Source: an uncultured Gammaproteobacteria bacterium (lineage in GTDB: Bacteria; Patescibacteriota; Microgenomatia; UBA8517). Taken from it: a stretch of 64,000 nt of DNA. Numbering within the stretch: position 1 is the first letter of the stretch; every line of letters begins with the position of its first letter. The DNA is taken from assembly GCA_964583685.1 (NCBI GenBank), contig CAZOVJ010000001.1, positions 260,033 through 324,032 on the forward strand, in the 5' to 3' direction. The notes beneath the pieces were generated by a model, which was not told the DNA's origin, did not search any database, and worked only from the letters and a program-made list of their open reading frames with translations. Positions 9,593 through 19,623 of this stretch are shown one piece after another. The translations under genes and the position numbers were made by a program.

Positions 9593-10704
9593 TTTCTAGA
9601 AATTTTTCTCAGAGCTTTCTCAATACATTTAGCTTGGCTGCTCCAACTAAAATTCTTGACAACATGTTTCCTGCCCGCTTTTCCCATTCTTTTCGCCAAT
9701 AGCGGGTGTCTAATTAAATAAACTATCTTTTGAGCCAATTCTTGAGGGTTTCTTTTAAGAAGATAGCCTGTCTTTTTATCTAAAACCGTTTCCTTATACC
9801 CTCCTTCGTTGACAGCCAAAACAGGTGTTTCACAAGCCATTGACTCGATTGCCTTAAGACCAAAGGGCTCGGAATAATCTAGACAAAGAGTGGCCAGGGA
9901 AGTTGAATACTCATGTACCATTCCTTTATCATCCTTTATTCTGGGTTGGCCAAGAGAAAAGTCAAGCACTTCTAGTTTGGGTCTAAGCTCGGTTGACATT
10001 AAATCTAGGGCCTGTTTCGCCAAATCATAGCCTTCTATTTCTATCCTATTGCCAATAAACAACACCTTTTTCTCTTTTCTTTTAGAGCCTGGCTGAAAAA
10101 CCTGAGTATCTACACCTGGATAGCAAATAATCGCTTTCCGATTATAAGCCTTCTTTATTTTCTTTTGAATAAACTGAGAATTGGTTAAGATAACATTTGC
10201 AGAACTAGCATTTCTCTTATCAATAATCTTTCTCAATCTCCGTGTTGCTAATTCATAAAACTTCTTCGGCCAAACTACTTTTTCTTTAAACATCAACTGT
10301 TTTTCGTAAACGATTCTTAAAAGTTCATGGCTGTAATATGCACTTGGGGTTTTAAGAAATCTCAAAATAAACGGTGATTCTGTAAATTTGTCTGAGTGAA
10401 CTAAAACCGCATCATAATTACCTGCGTCTATCTGCTCAGAAATTTTTTTATGAACCAAGGCAAGTTGTACAAAATTCTGAAAATCTCTTTCTAATCTGGC
10501 CAGAAACGAAGGTAAACTACTTTTGATCTTAAAGTCGAAGAGAAAAGACTTAGCCACCAAGGGCTTTAAATCCAAAAATTTTTCATCACTAGAAGCCAAT
10601 TCAAATAAATGAAGTTCATGCTTTTTGGCAAGATATTTAGCCTGTTTATAGATACCTCTTTTGGCTCCTCCAGGGGGCAGATTATGAAACACGGCTATTT
10701 TCAT
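9589..10704 (-). CDS. family 4 (GT-B) glycosyltransferase
   Basis: C-terminal 'EPFGLKAIESMACETPVLAVNEGG' (E-x7-E-like GT4 motif). Confidence 0.7.
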   Translation of the reverse strand: MKIAVFHNLPPGGAKRGIYKQAKYLAKKHELHLFELASSDEKFLDLKPLVAKSFLFDFKIKSSLPSFLARLERDFQNFVQLALVHKKISEQIDAGNYDAVLVHSDKFTESPFILRFLKTPSAYYSHELLRIVYEKQLMFKEKVVWPKKFYELATRRLRKIIDKRNASSANVILTNSQFIQKKIKKAYNRKAIICYPGVDTQVFQPGSKRKEKKVLFIGNRIEIEGYDLAKQALDLMSTELRPKLEVLDFSLGQPRIKDDKGMVHEYSTSLATLCLDYSEPFGLKAIESMACETPVLAVNEGGYKETVLDKKTGYLLKRNPQELAQKIVYLIRHPLLAKRMGKAGRKHVVKNFSWSSQAKCIEKALRKISRK

Positions 10705-11537
10705 TTTCTCTTTAAAACAGACAGAAAATCATTTCCCCAGAAAATATTAAAAGGGAAATAGTTCCCTAGGGGGTAGAGATAAACCAAGCTATTAAATAAT
10801 TTATCCTTCCAACTAAGCTCTGGCTTGAGCACAGTAATATTTGTAGACCTAATCTTTCCTAAGAATCCATGTTTGTTAAATAACTTCTTTAATGAAAAAT
10901 AATTCGGCTCATTGATATGCATTATCTTATGTGAGGGAATCCTTAATTCTTTCCAAGGCTGAAGATTTCCATAATTTCTGCCCTTTAATTTATTCCAGAG
11001 AGAAACTATTAAAGTGCTCACTGGGTAACAATAAAAGCGATAGGTATAATCATTAAACCAACGAGCTGGAGCTGTATGAACAAAAACAAAACCCTCTTTT
11101 TTCAAAACCCTTAAAACCTCCTTAAATACCTTTTCTTGTTCTTCAGGGTAGAGATGCTCAAACACCTCCACCAGGAACACCGCATCAAAGCTTTTATCAG
11201 GGAACTTTAGATCTTTGGCATCCATTAACAAAAAACTTATTTTCTTTCTGTCTTCCTGACTACGTTTTTCTTTAGCCTCCTGGGCAAGTTTAATCGCTTC
11301 CTGCGAATAATCTATACCAACAACTTCCGCTCCTTTTCTTGCCGCCCAAAACACAAGTTCTCCTCGCCCACAGCCAATATCTAATATTTTCATATTCCTA
11401 CGAATGGGAATCTCTCTAACTATTCTCTTTAGGCGAGGCTCAAGTTTTCTTCCCCAAGTTTTTTTAAACTCTTCATGGCCTGTACAGTCCGTCAAATAAT
11501 ATTCCCGTGTATAAAGAGACGGCTTCACCCTTCTCAT
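10701..11537 (-). CDS. class I SAM-dependent methyltransferase
   Basis: Motif I 'ILDIGCGRGEL', acidic motif II 'VVGIDYS'. Confidence 0.65.
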   Translation of the reverse strand: MRRVKPSLYTREYYLTDCTGHEEFKKTWGRKLEPRLKRIVREIPIRRNMKILDIGCGRGELVFWAARKGAEVVGIDYSQEAIKLAQEAKEKRSQEDRKKISFLLMDAKDLKFPDKSFDAVFLVEVFEHLYPEEQEKVFKEVLRVLKKEGFVFVHTAPARWFNDYTYRFYCYPVSTLIVSLWNKLKGRNYGNLQPWKELRIPSHKIMHINEPNYFSLKKLFNKHGFLGKIRSTNITVLKPELSWKDKLFNSLVYLYPLGNYFPFNIFWGNDFLSVLKRK

Positions 11538-12790
11538 TTCAAATCGCCAAAAACCCTGGCAAGATAAAAAATAATAATCGGTAAGGCGGTAATCGAACCA
11601 ATCAAGGCCGATAGCCCGGCCCCAACTATTCCAAACTTAACCACCAAAGGAACAATTGAAATTGCCAGTCCTAAAATGCTGACTAAAGTAACAACCATCA
11701 CATATTCCTGCTTCTTAATGGCTAAAAAAAGGGCTGATGATGAACCCGAGATTGCTCTGACCATACCAAAAATAGACAAAACCTTTAAAGCTGGAACCAC
11801 AGCCAGCCAGTTTCCTCCCAAAACAATTAAGACAATCTCTTTGGAAAAGAAAAATAGGATAAGACCTATGGGGATAACCAGAGCAGAAATTGTTAGCGTT
11901 GTCCTGACAAAAGCTCTTTTGAGCCGAATAATATCGTCCGATATCTTAACATATACTGGAAAAGTAACTTTTCCAAAAACTTCCGAAACTTCTGTTATGG
12001 GCAAAGTTGATAGTTTATAAGCGATTTGATAAGTTCCTAGGGCAGTCACGTTAAGTAGGCGACCAACAACAATATCGTCCCCCTGGCGAAATAGATAATT
12101 AAAAATTCCAGCAGCTGTAACCCATTTTCCTCTCCCTAAAATCTTTCTAACCTGTGCTTTTTCAATGACAAATTTTGGAATTGGTTTGACTACAATAAAT
12201 GAAAGAAGGACTTCTAGAAGACCGCCAGCAATCAATCCCCAGACCAAACCTGAGGCCGAACGAATAATCAAAGTAATTAAAACCGCAAAAAAGGCATCGC
12301 AGCTAAATACAAAAAATCGAAAGAAAAATTCTTTATTGAATTCAAGCTCTTTCTGGAATTTGATAATTGCCGGATTTAGAAATCCCCGAATCAAGGGAAC
12401 CAAACTTATTAAAAGTAGTAAAGAATATGAACCTGGCGATTTAAAAAAAGAGGTAATAAGAGAAGAAGCTAGAACAATGACGCTCGAAATCAAAATTCCT
12501 CGGAAAATAGCAATAACCCAAGCAGTATTAATATATTTCTTTAAGTTTATTTTTGACTGAACTAGAAAAACATTAATGCCTGTTTCCGTTAAAATCTCCA
12601 AAAAAGCCAGAGCTAAACTGGCGATGCCAAAAAGGCCGAATTGTTCTGGCAATAAAATGCGTGCCAGGATAGCTATTTTCAGAAAGGCAAGCAAGCGGGT
12701 AGAAACCCTTAAACTTCCTATCCAGGAGATACCTTTAAAAGTGTCTCTAAAATAGCCCATCCTATTTCTTTTATTTCTCAATTGTACCAA
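11534..12790 (-). CDS. Wzx-like oligosaccharide/polysaccharide flippase (MOP superfamily)
   Basis: ~12 TM helices with the central cytoplasmic loop typical of Wzx/MATE-like flippases; located inside a GT cluster. Confidence 0.55.
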   Translation of the reverse strand: MVQLRNKRNRMGYFRDTFKGISWIGSLRVSTRLLAFLKIAILARILLPEQFGLFGIASLALAFLEILTETGINVFLVQSKINLKKYINTAWVIAIFRGILISSVIVLASSLITSFFKSPGSYSLLLLISLVPLIRGFLNPAIIKFQKELEFNKEFFFRFFVFSCDAFFAVLITLIIRSASGLVWGLIAGGLLEVLLSFIVVKPIPKFVIEKAQVRKILGRGKWVTAAGIFNYLFRQGDDIVVGRLLNVTALGTYQIAYKLSTLPITEVSEVFGKVTFPVYVKISDDIIRLKRAFVRTTLTISALVIPIGLILFFFSKEIVLIVLGGNWLAVVPALKVLSIFGMVRAISGSSSALFLAIKKQEYVMVVTLVSILGLAISIVPLVVKFGIVGAGLSALIGSITALPIIIFYLARVFGDLK

Positions 12791-13718
12791 TTATAAAACC
12801 CGTCATCACTGCCAAATCAGAAGTAATTTGGATTGTTGGTAACCAGAGTTTTGCTCTCCAATCCATAACCACATCTTGCATTTTCCAAATTGACCAAAGC
12901 AAATATAAAATCAAAAGAACAACCAAACCAGAGAGCAGGCAAGAAAATCTCAGTGAAAATATAAGTAAAAGGAGAGCAAAGAGATAACGGGCAAAAATCA
13001 GAGATATCTTAATATTGTGCGACGCAAACCTTTGTTGAGAATGCCACCAGATTCCGGCCTGGGCATCTCCCTTGGCGTAGTTATAGAACTTTCTTAAGGA
13101 TTGGCCAAAGGTCTTGGGTAATTGCCAATAAACAATGGCTTTTTTTACTCGGGCTATCTTAAATCCTTTTTTTAAAACATTGTAAACAAACAGAGTGTCT
13201 TCCCCAGCCCTATCTAGTTTTTCAGAATAGCCCCCTACCCTTCTCCAGACCTTTTTTTTAAAGGCCATGGAGCGGGCTGAAGGAAGAAAAGAATTGGCAT
13301 CAAACCTTTTTGCTGGAATACCATGAAAGGGGGCAATCGCCTGCCCAAAAGGAGAACTGGCAATCATTTGATAAAAACCAGCAACAAAATCAATCTCTTT
13401 TTGCTTTAAAGGAGCAATGAGCTTTTCCAGCCAATCTTTTTTAGCCACACAGCCGGCATCGGTTTGAGCAATGAGCGAGGAGCGGGCTGATTTAATGGAA
13501 AGATTTCTAGCTTGCGCAATTGAGCCTGGTTCAATAATCAGTCTGATTTGTCTAAGCTTTTTTTGATAATCCTTGATTATTCCAACAGTTTTATCCTGTG
13601 ATCCCCCATCCACTATCACTATCTCATCAGGCTTTCTGGTCTGTCCCAATAAAGAGTCCAAAAGCCCACCAATACTTCTCTCCTCATTAAAAACAGTAAT
13701 ACAAACGGAAACCTTCAT
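12771..13718 (-). CDS. family 2 glycosyltransferase with C-terminal TM helices
   Basis: 'VSVCITVFNEERS', 'IVDGGSQDKT', 'QTDAG' motifs. Confidence 0.65.
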   Translation of the reverse strand: MKVSVCITVFNEERSIGGLLDSLLGQTRKPDEIVIVDGGSQDKTVGIIKDYQKKLRQIRLIIEPGSIAQARNLSIKSARSSLIAQTDAGCVAKKDWLEKLIAPLKQKEIDFVAGFYQMIASSPFGQAIAPFHGIPAKRFDANSFLPSARSMAFKKKVWRRVGGYSEKLDRAGEDTLFVYNVLKKGFKIARVKKAIVYWQLPKTFGQSLRKFYNYAKGDAQAGIWWHSQQRFASHNIKISLIFARYLFALLLLIFSLRFSCLLSGLVVLLILYLLWSIWKMQDVVMDWRAKLWLPTIQITSDLAVMTGFIIGTIEK

Positions 13719-14887
13719 AAAAATCTTCCCATCAAGAGCAATAACCAGATAAGAATCAACTTTGGATGATAAGCAAGTTGAGATAAAACAGCCATAGAAC
13801 TCAAAAGAGCTAGTGCCTGAAGCTTTCTAATAATGCCTAAACGCTTAGCTATCAGAAAAACAACTAAGATTAAGGGAAAAATGATTGGATAGGTAAAACG
13901 GATATTGGAGACCGTCACCTGATAGCCGGACCAGGAAGGTTGAGGTAAATAAACCAGGAAATTCATCAATCCTAAGAAAATCAAAGGGCCCGTTTCTCTA
14001 AATATCTGCAACTTCCCCTTTAGTTTCCCTAGCCTGTTAGATAAGGCGAGCAGAAAAATTGCCAAGGGAGCCAAAGACCAAATAAGATACTCAGAAATCA
14101 TTGCCTGGATTGTAAACCAAATACCCTCTGAATAGCTAAATAATGTCCTGCTAACTGACCAATCAGTGGCAAAAAAATCAGGATGGCCTGCTAGGCCAAA
14201 CATGGCAATCGGATAAAAAGGATTCCCAGTTATCAAATAATTTCTGACAAACCAAAATAGACCAAAAAAAGAAAAAGGTACAGAAAATGCCACTAATTTC
14301 TTTAGGTTAAGGAGCGGATAAATGTTTCTTAAAAAAATAATTAAAAGTACGCCCGTAGATAAAATACCCGAATACTTTACTCCAGTAAGCAAGCCTAGAG
14401 CCAAGCCTAGTTTAAAGAAATAAACAGTTTTCTTTTGAGGTTTAACCAATAAATATAATGAACTTAAGAAAAAAATGGCCAGCCAGATATCTATTGTCTG
14501 AGTTGGCACCAATCTCAGCACAGTGGGCAAAAGACATAAACTGACAGCAAAAACAAAAGAAGAATCTTTACCCAGGCCAAAGGCTCTTCCTAGCTTTTTG
14601 TTGATAAAAAAGAGGGTTACTAATGCCAAAACATTAAATAAATTTAAAGGTATGCCTATTCTCAGAAAAAGACTAAGAATGCCCTCGCCTACTCCGGGAT
14701 AGAATCCAAGGCCTTGCTGGATATTGAACATGTTTAAAAATTCACCCCTACTAAAATTCTGAGCAATGGGAATATGGTAGGTTAAACTATCAACTTCAGC
14801 GATTTTTATGGGAGTAGTAGTTATTCCCAAATAAGCATAGTAAAGAAGAACAAAAGAAAACAAAGCCCCTGCCAACTTCGCAACCAT
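13715..14887 (-). CDS. polytopic membrane protein, probable glycan polymerase or GT-C-type transferase
   Basis: ORF with ~11 TM helices and no soluble domain; context only. Confidence 0.4.
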   Translation of the reverse strand: MVAKLAGALFSFVLLYYAYLGITTTPIKIAEVDSLTYHIPIAQNFSRGEFLNMFNIQQGLGFYPGVGEGILSLFLRIGIPLNLFNVLALVTLFFINKKLGRAFGLGKDSSFVFAVSLCLLPTVLRLVPTQTIDIWLAIFFLSSLYLLVKPQKKTVYFFKLGLALGLLTGVKYSGILSTGVLLIIFLRNIYPLLNLKKLVAFSVPFSFFGLFWFVRNYLITGNPFYPIAMFGLAGHPDFFATDWSVSRTLFSYSEGIWFTIQAMISEYLIWSLAPLAIFLLALSNRLGKLKGKLQIFRETGPLIFLGLMNFLVYLPQPSWSGYQVTVSNIRFTYPIIFPLILVVFLIAKRLGIIRKLQALALLSSMAVLSQLAYHPKLILIWLLLLMGRFL

Positions 14888-14997
14888 AAAGATTCCTTAT
14901 GGAGATTATATATCAAAATATTCTCAAAAGCCTCCTCCTAGAGAACGACGTTAGAACTTATTTTAATACTACCCACTAAATAACAACCTCAATAATG

Positions 14998-15585
14998 CTA
15001 AGCCTCATCATCTTCACCAGACGATAACATCCCAGCAAAGCCCCTAGATAATTTCTCGCTTAATATTGACTCAACAATCACTTCTCTATCTCTCCCCCTA
15101 CATATATCACTGAACCAACTCATGCCAATACGGCTACCCCGAAGCCAAAGCATTATGCCTGCAACACCAATAGCAAAATCTTCTGGTTCAGCATCGTAAT
15201 ATGACCATGATTCACACTGAGCACAGAACTCTTGATTCTCAAATATCTCATTAAGCTTCCAACAAATACTCCTAATATCCGAGTCGGTCAAATTCCCAAA
15301 CAGCTCTTGCCTTCTCGGATGCTTAAATAAAATATCAGAAACTGACCCTATTACATCTCCATCAACATCAGCATTCTCTTGTCTGTGTAGACTAAAACCT
15401 GCTCTTAAAACCGAAAGAAAATCGTCAAAATCCACTGGAGGTATATCTGGTTCAAAATCCTCGGTGAGTACCTGCCTTCTTATATACTTCCCATAAAAAA
15501 AGACAACTCCTAAAACAACCACCTGTTTATCACGAGGTGAAATCATCTCCAAAGTCCCTAGGGGCTCATCTAATTCCCTCGCCAT
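14998..15585 (-). CDS. hypothetical acidic cytoplasmic protein (195 aa)
   Basis: ORF track; ~45-47% GC; Asp/Glu-rich; no known motif. Confidence 0.45.
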   Translation of the reverse strand: MARELDEPLGTLEMISPRDKQVVVLGVVFFYGKYIRRQVLTEDFEPDIPPVDFDDFLSVLRAGFSLHRQENADVDGDVIGSVSDILFKHPRRQELFGNLTDSDIRSICWKLNEIFENQEFCAQCESWSYYDAEPEDFAIGVAGIMLWLRGSRIGMSWFSDICRGRDREVIVESILSEKLSRGFAGMLSSGEDDEA

Positions 15586-15829
15586 TGCAAGAATTATAAC
15601 ATTCTAGGGCTAAGGAGTATATCAAAATATATCAGCTCCCCAATCCTGAGATTATTATAACTGTTATTTCCAAAACATTAACGGGGTTTGAGGAGCGATA
15701 CGATTTATGAAGTGGGCTGCCTCGGAAATTCTTCAATTGGATATAAAAACGCTGATTGATTTATCTTAAACAGTAGTAGCCCGCCTAGATTTTGACCCTC
15801 CTTTTTTCAGTTGTTAAGATAATAGCTCT

Positions 15830-16693
15830 ATGTATGAGCAGGATTCCCCACTAATGAATCGACGCCAATTTTTAATATCCTCTGCAGCTCTCGCCCTTGG
15901 CGAGGCAGCCGGATTTGGGAGAGAAACAAGAAAAAAAGAAACCAATCTTCAGAAACTCAGGCAATCACTTAATGAAATTATTCTGGAAATCTATGAAGAG
16001 CATCCAAATAAAAATGAATGGGCTAGTAAGCGGGAGATGCTCAATTATTACCAAAATCTAGACCACCGACCTGGATCGGAAAAGCTGGCAGACCACGACC
16101 TCCAAGAAATTATGGCTGTTGTTGCAATGCTGTACTTACTTGATGATAAAGAAATTACATACCGTTTCAAATTCGAAAGCCCTGAAGATATTAATTTGTT
16201 TTTTGGTTTGATCTTTTCCCTTACTGAAGGAACAGGTTGTTATAAACATATTGGCCTCAGTCGTGTTCCTAATACAAGTTTATGGCGGGCTTATTTTTCC
16301 AAAGGAGGTGTTGTACTCGCCAACGAGCTGATGGAGTTTTATTCTCGTTATCTGATGCACAATGCCGGTATTGTCTTTGAAAATAGCCAAATTGACTTGA
16401 GCAATTCAAGAAAAATGCTCCGGGTTGTTGTCAAAACTATTGCCTACTCAGAAGCAACAAAAATCTTTGCCACAAATTACAATCAAGCTTCCGCTGACAA
16501 CCTCAGCCAAACTAGAAATAACATACTGGGAAATTTAGACCAAAGTTACTGGGGTCACTCTGGCCATAGAACCTTAAAGGTAATGATGAGATCTCATTTA
16601 CATCTTTTTCAAGAATACAAGGACAATCCATGGGTAAGAATAAATAACGAACCACGAATAGGTGATTTTTGTTCCTTTGTTCCCGGTAGTTAA
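15830..16693 (+). CDS. hypothetical exported protein with twin-arginine-like signal (NRRQFLISSAALALGEAAG)
   Basis: S/T-RRxFL motif followed by hydrophobic/Ala stretch; alternative start at 15854 (MNRRQF...). Confidence 0.45.
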   Translation: MYEQDSPLMNRRQFLISSAALALGEAAGFGRETRKKETNLQKLRQSLNEIILEIYEEHPNKNEWASKREMLNYYQNLDHRPGSEKLADHDLQEIMAVVAMLYLLDDKEITYRFKFESPEDINLFFGLIFSLTEGTGCYKHIGLSRVPNTSLWRAYFSKGGVVLANELMEFYSRYLMHNAGIVFENSQIDLSNSRKMLRVVVKTIAYSEATKIFATNYNQASADNLSQTRNNILGNLDQSYWGHSGHRTLKVMMRSHLHLFQEYKDNPWVRINNEPRIGDFCSFVPGS

Positions 16694-16717
16694 GGCTATA
16701 ATTTTTATCGATTTTTC

Positions 16718-17713
16718 ATGGATAATCCCGACCAGCCACTGCCAAGAGGAGTAACCTATATTGCTGGTGATGAACAGCTAGTTTTTGTCGGCTTTGAATT
16801 TTATGGCAGAGAAGATTTGAAACCTTTGGAGAACAACCGACCCTCTCCCGGCTATCCCCAGTCAGAATATAGTGCTCGAGAACAAAAAGAAAGATTTCTA
16901 AGAAAAATATTAACAACAGTTAAAGTCTTGGCTAATCGGAACTACGCCCAAGACCTTCATCGTCTAAACGAAAAAACAGGGGAGATTGATTATCCTGGTC
17001 AAAAGGCAGTTTCACTGCACCTGCGGGAAATTAGCTCTTTCGACCTGGAAAGAGCCTTGGATCAAGGTATCCAGGAGAGAAACAGTAACATTGATAACTT
17101 AATTGACCAACTTCCAGGAGACGGCTGGCCGGAAAATATTGGCCTGGGAATCCGCTTCTTAGAAATTTTAAGCCAATTTGGTATCTCCCACCCTCTAATA
17201 AATGAGGATGGCAATTATGAGCCAGCCAATATGAGACTTGAACTATATAACTCGCCGTCTTATGCCGCTGAAGCTTATGAATCTTTTTATAACCCCGATA
17301 TTAATGCCGGCTATCTGCCTTTTAACTACTCAGGGCCAGAAGCTGAGCAATTGGATGCTGAAATCAGAGCATATCTTCCTATCAATCCCAGTATTCTCTA
17401 TACAATTTTCTATAATGCCTATCGTCAGGGAGCTTTTTTTCGTCTTGATTCGCCAATCCTCTTTCTATTTCAAGAAGAAGAATATCGAGAACAACTACTA
17501 ACAATGGCCGAATTTGGCATAAAATTTGATCAAGAAGCTGAAGTAATTGAATCAATCTCTCTATTTCTCAGAACTGATGCGGGAAATTTTAAAGGATACC
17601 AAATTCAAGCAAATGGTAATCTTGAAGAAATTGGTAATCTTGAAGCTATTCCCGAGGATTGTTATCTGGTTTTAAAACAAAATTATGTTTTTAGTACTCG
17701 TGCCTGGATTTGA
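16718..17713 (+). CDS. hypothetical protein (331 aa)
   Basis: ORF 24 nt downstream of previous gene (likely co-transcribed); 3' end overlaps tRNA-Val by ~18 nt. Confidence 0.45.
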   Translation: MDNPDQPLPRGVTYIAGDEQLVFVGFEFYGREDLKPLENNRPSPGYPQSEYSAREQKERFLRKILTTVKVLANRNYAQDLHRLNEKTGEIDYPGQKAVSLHLREISSFDLERALDQGIQERNSNIDNLIDQLPGDGWPENIGLGIRFLEILSQFGISHPLINEDGNYEPANMRLELYNSPSYAAEAYESFYNPDINAGYLPFNYSGPEAEQLDAEIRAYLPINPSILYTIFYNAYRQGAFFRLDSPILFLFQEEEYREQLLTMAEFGIKFDQEAEVIESISLFLRTDAGNFKGYQIQANGNLEEIGNLEAIPEDCYLVLKQNYVFSTRAWI

Positions 17714-17767
17714 ACCAGGGACCTGTCCGATGTGAACGGACCGCTCTAACCACTGAGCTACACGAGC
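17695..17767 (-). tRNA. tRNA-Val (anticodon CAC)
   Basis: Reverse complement gives GCTCGTG-TA-GCTC-AGTGGTT-AGAGC-G-GTCCG-TTCACAT-CGGAC-AGGTC-CCTGG-TTCAAAT-CCAGG-CACGAGT-A. Confidence 0.75.
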
Positions 17768-17873
17768 TTGATGAACAACTTTGGTAGTCTCTTAAGAGGA
17801 ATATTAGCATCCTTAGGGACAAATCCTCAAGTTGACAAGAACAAGTAATTAGCCCTAAAGTAAAATAGTCATT

Positions 17874-18431
17874 ATGTTAAAGCGAATCGGAGCCTTTATT
17901 TTAGATATTCTCCAGATAATCTTTTTTGCCTTAGCCATTTTCCTTTTTGTCTATCTTCTTATTCTACAACCCCACAAGATAAAAGGGGGTTCAATGGAAC
18001 CAAATTTCCGTGACGGCGAATTCCTCCTTACCGATAAAGTTTCTTACCGGTTCAATAAACCTAAACGTGGAGATGTAGTTGTCTTTCAAGCTCCTCCCAA
18101 TAATCAAGATGAGTATATCAAGAGAATAATCGGATTACCAGGAGAAGAGCTAACGATTCAAAGGGGAAAAATCTACATTGATAATAAGCTCATAGAAGAA
18201 AAATATTTGGATCCTGCTTCAGTAACAAAATCGGGAAACTTTAGCGCTGAGGGAAAAGTAATAAAAATACCTGAAAATACGTTTTTTGTAATCGGCGACA
18301 ACAGGGATCACTCATATGACTCAAGAAGTTGGGGAGTTATCGAAAAAAACAAGATTACCGGTCGTGCTTGGTTTGTTTATTGGCCTCCACAAAAAGCAGG
18401 TTTAATTGAGAAAGCAGAATATTCTTTTTAG
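17874..18431 (+). CDS. lepB: signal peptidase I
   Basis: N-terminal TM; catalytic Ser box 'GGSMEPNF', 'GDVVVF', Lys box 'KRIIGLPGE', 'GDNRDHSYDSR'. Confidence 0.85.
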   Translation: MLKRIGAFILDILQIIFFALAIFLFVYLLILQPHKIKGGSMEPNFRDGEFLLTDKVSYRFNKPKRGDVVVFQAPPNNQDEYIKRIIGLPGEELTIQRGKIYIDNKLIEEKYLDPASVTKSGNFSAEGKVIKIPENTFFVIGDNRDHSYDSRSWGVIEKNKITGRAWFVYWPPQKAGLIEKAEYSF

Positions 18432-19291
18432 TCTGAAATTATCTTTTTTGGTTTCTTCTTGGTTATTGCTCTATAGACCTTTTGAAATCTTTCCTCTGTT
18501 TCTTCTAGTTTTCCTTTAAATGTCAAGGTAATCCTTGTTTCTCTTCTTGAACGGGCAACTTTAACCACGGTTGTAGAATCATCTTCAGACAACCTTAGGA
18601 CTTTCTTCATTTCATCTTGTATTCTATCGAGTTCATTCGAGACAATGCGAACCTGGGCAATATTTGCTTTTCCCTTGGGTATTTGCTTAGACTTTGCCTT
18701 CATTCTGCGAGCTAAATCTTCGGCTCGACGGACAGATCCGGCTTCTCTTAAAATAATCTTGTAAGCCTCAATCATCAGGGATTGATCATCAATTGCCGCC
18801 AGGGCTCTTGCATGCCCTTCTGAAATGAGTCCGGAAAGAAGTCCATCTTTCAAGGCATCGGGGAGAGATAAAAGTCTCATTGAATTTGAAACATAAGCAA
18901 CTGACTTGCCAATTCTGGCCGCTATTTCAGATGTTGTTAAAGCAAACTCATTCATCAATCTTTCAAAACCTTTTGCTCTATCAATTGGACTAAGATCAAC
19001 TCTTTGAACATTTTCAACCAAGGCCATCTCCAACATGCCCTTGGGTGAAGTTTCTCGAATTATCGAAGGAACATGAGTAAACCCGGCTAGTTTGGCGGCT
19101 CGCCAACGCCGTTCCCCAGCAATTATTTGAAATCCTGCTGGAGTTTTGGCAACAATCAAAGGTTCAAGAACACCGTGTTCTTTTATAGAATCTACCAAAT
19201 CCACCAAACTCTCGGGAGTAACAAGCCCCCTTGGCTGTAAAGGATTCGCCTGCAGTTCATCTACATTAATTTGGACTACTTCTTCAACCAT
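18428..19291 (-). CDS. parB: ParB/Spo0J-family partition protein (no parA adjacent)
   Basis: ParB box 'GERRWRAAKLAG'; HTH region; C-terminal dimerisation tail. Confidence 0.8.
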   Translation of the reverse strand: MVEEVVQINVDELQANPLQPRGLVTPESLVDLVDSIKEHGVLEPLIVAKTPAGFQIIAGERRWRAAKLAGFTHVPSIIRETSPKGMLEMALVENVQRVDLSPIDRAKGFERLMNEFALTTSEIAARIGKSVAYVSNSMRLLSLPDALKDGLLSGLISEGHARALAAIDDQSLMIEAYKIILREAGSVRRAEDLARRMKAKSKQIPKGKANIAQVRIVSNELDRIQDEMKKVLRLSEDDSTTVVKVARSRRETRITLTFKGKLEETEERFQKVYRAITKKKPKKIISD

Positions 19292-19294
19292 TTT

Positions 19295-19546
19295 TTACTT
19301 AGCAGCAATAGAAACTTGCTTCCTCCCCAGTCTTTTTTGGAATTTAACAATCCCTTCACGCAAAGCATAAAGTGTTTTATCTCTTCCAACCTGAACTCCT
19401 TTCCCTGCTTTGAATTTTGTTCCTCGCTGTCTAATTAAAATAGCCCCTGGAACAACGAATTGACCATCATTAACCTTGATACCCAAGCGCTTACCTGCCG
19501 GGCTTACATGTTGAGCTGTCTTACCACCTTGTTTCTTCTTTGCCAT
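19295..19546 (-). CDS. rpmA: 50S ribosomal protein L27
   Basis: '[35 protein letters not shown]' L27 signature. Confidence 0.9.
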   Translation of the reverse strand: MAKKKQGGKTAQHVSPAGKRLGIKVNDGQFVVPGAILIRQRGTKFKAGKGVQVGRDKTLYALREGIVKFQKRLGRKQVSIAAK

Positions 19547-19623
19547 GTCTTCAAAAGTGTAAAGTAAATTTTCACGGATGTCAATAGTACAGAAAGAGAC
19601 ATTTTGATGTTGTTTGATGGGGC

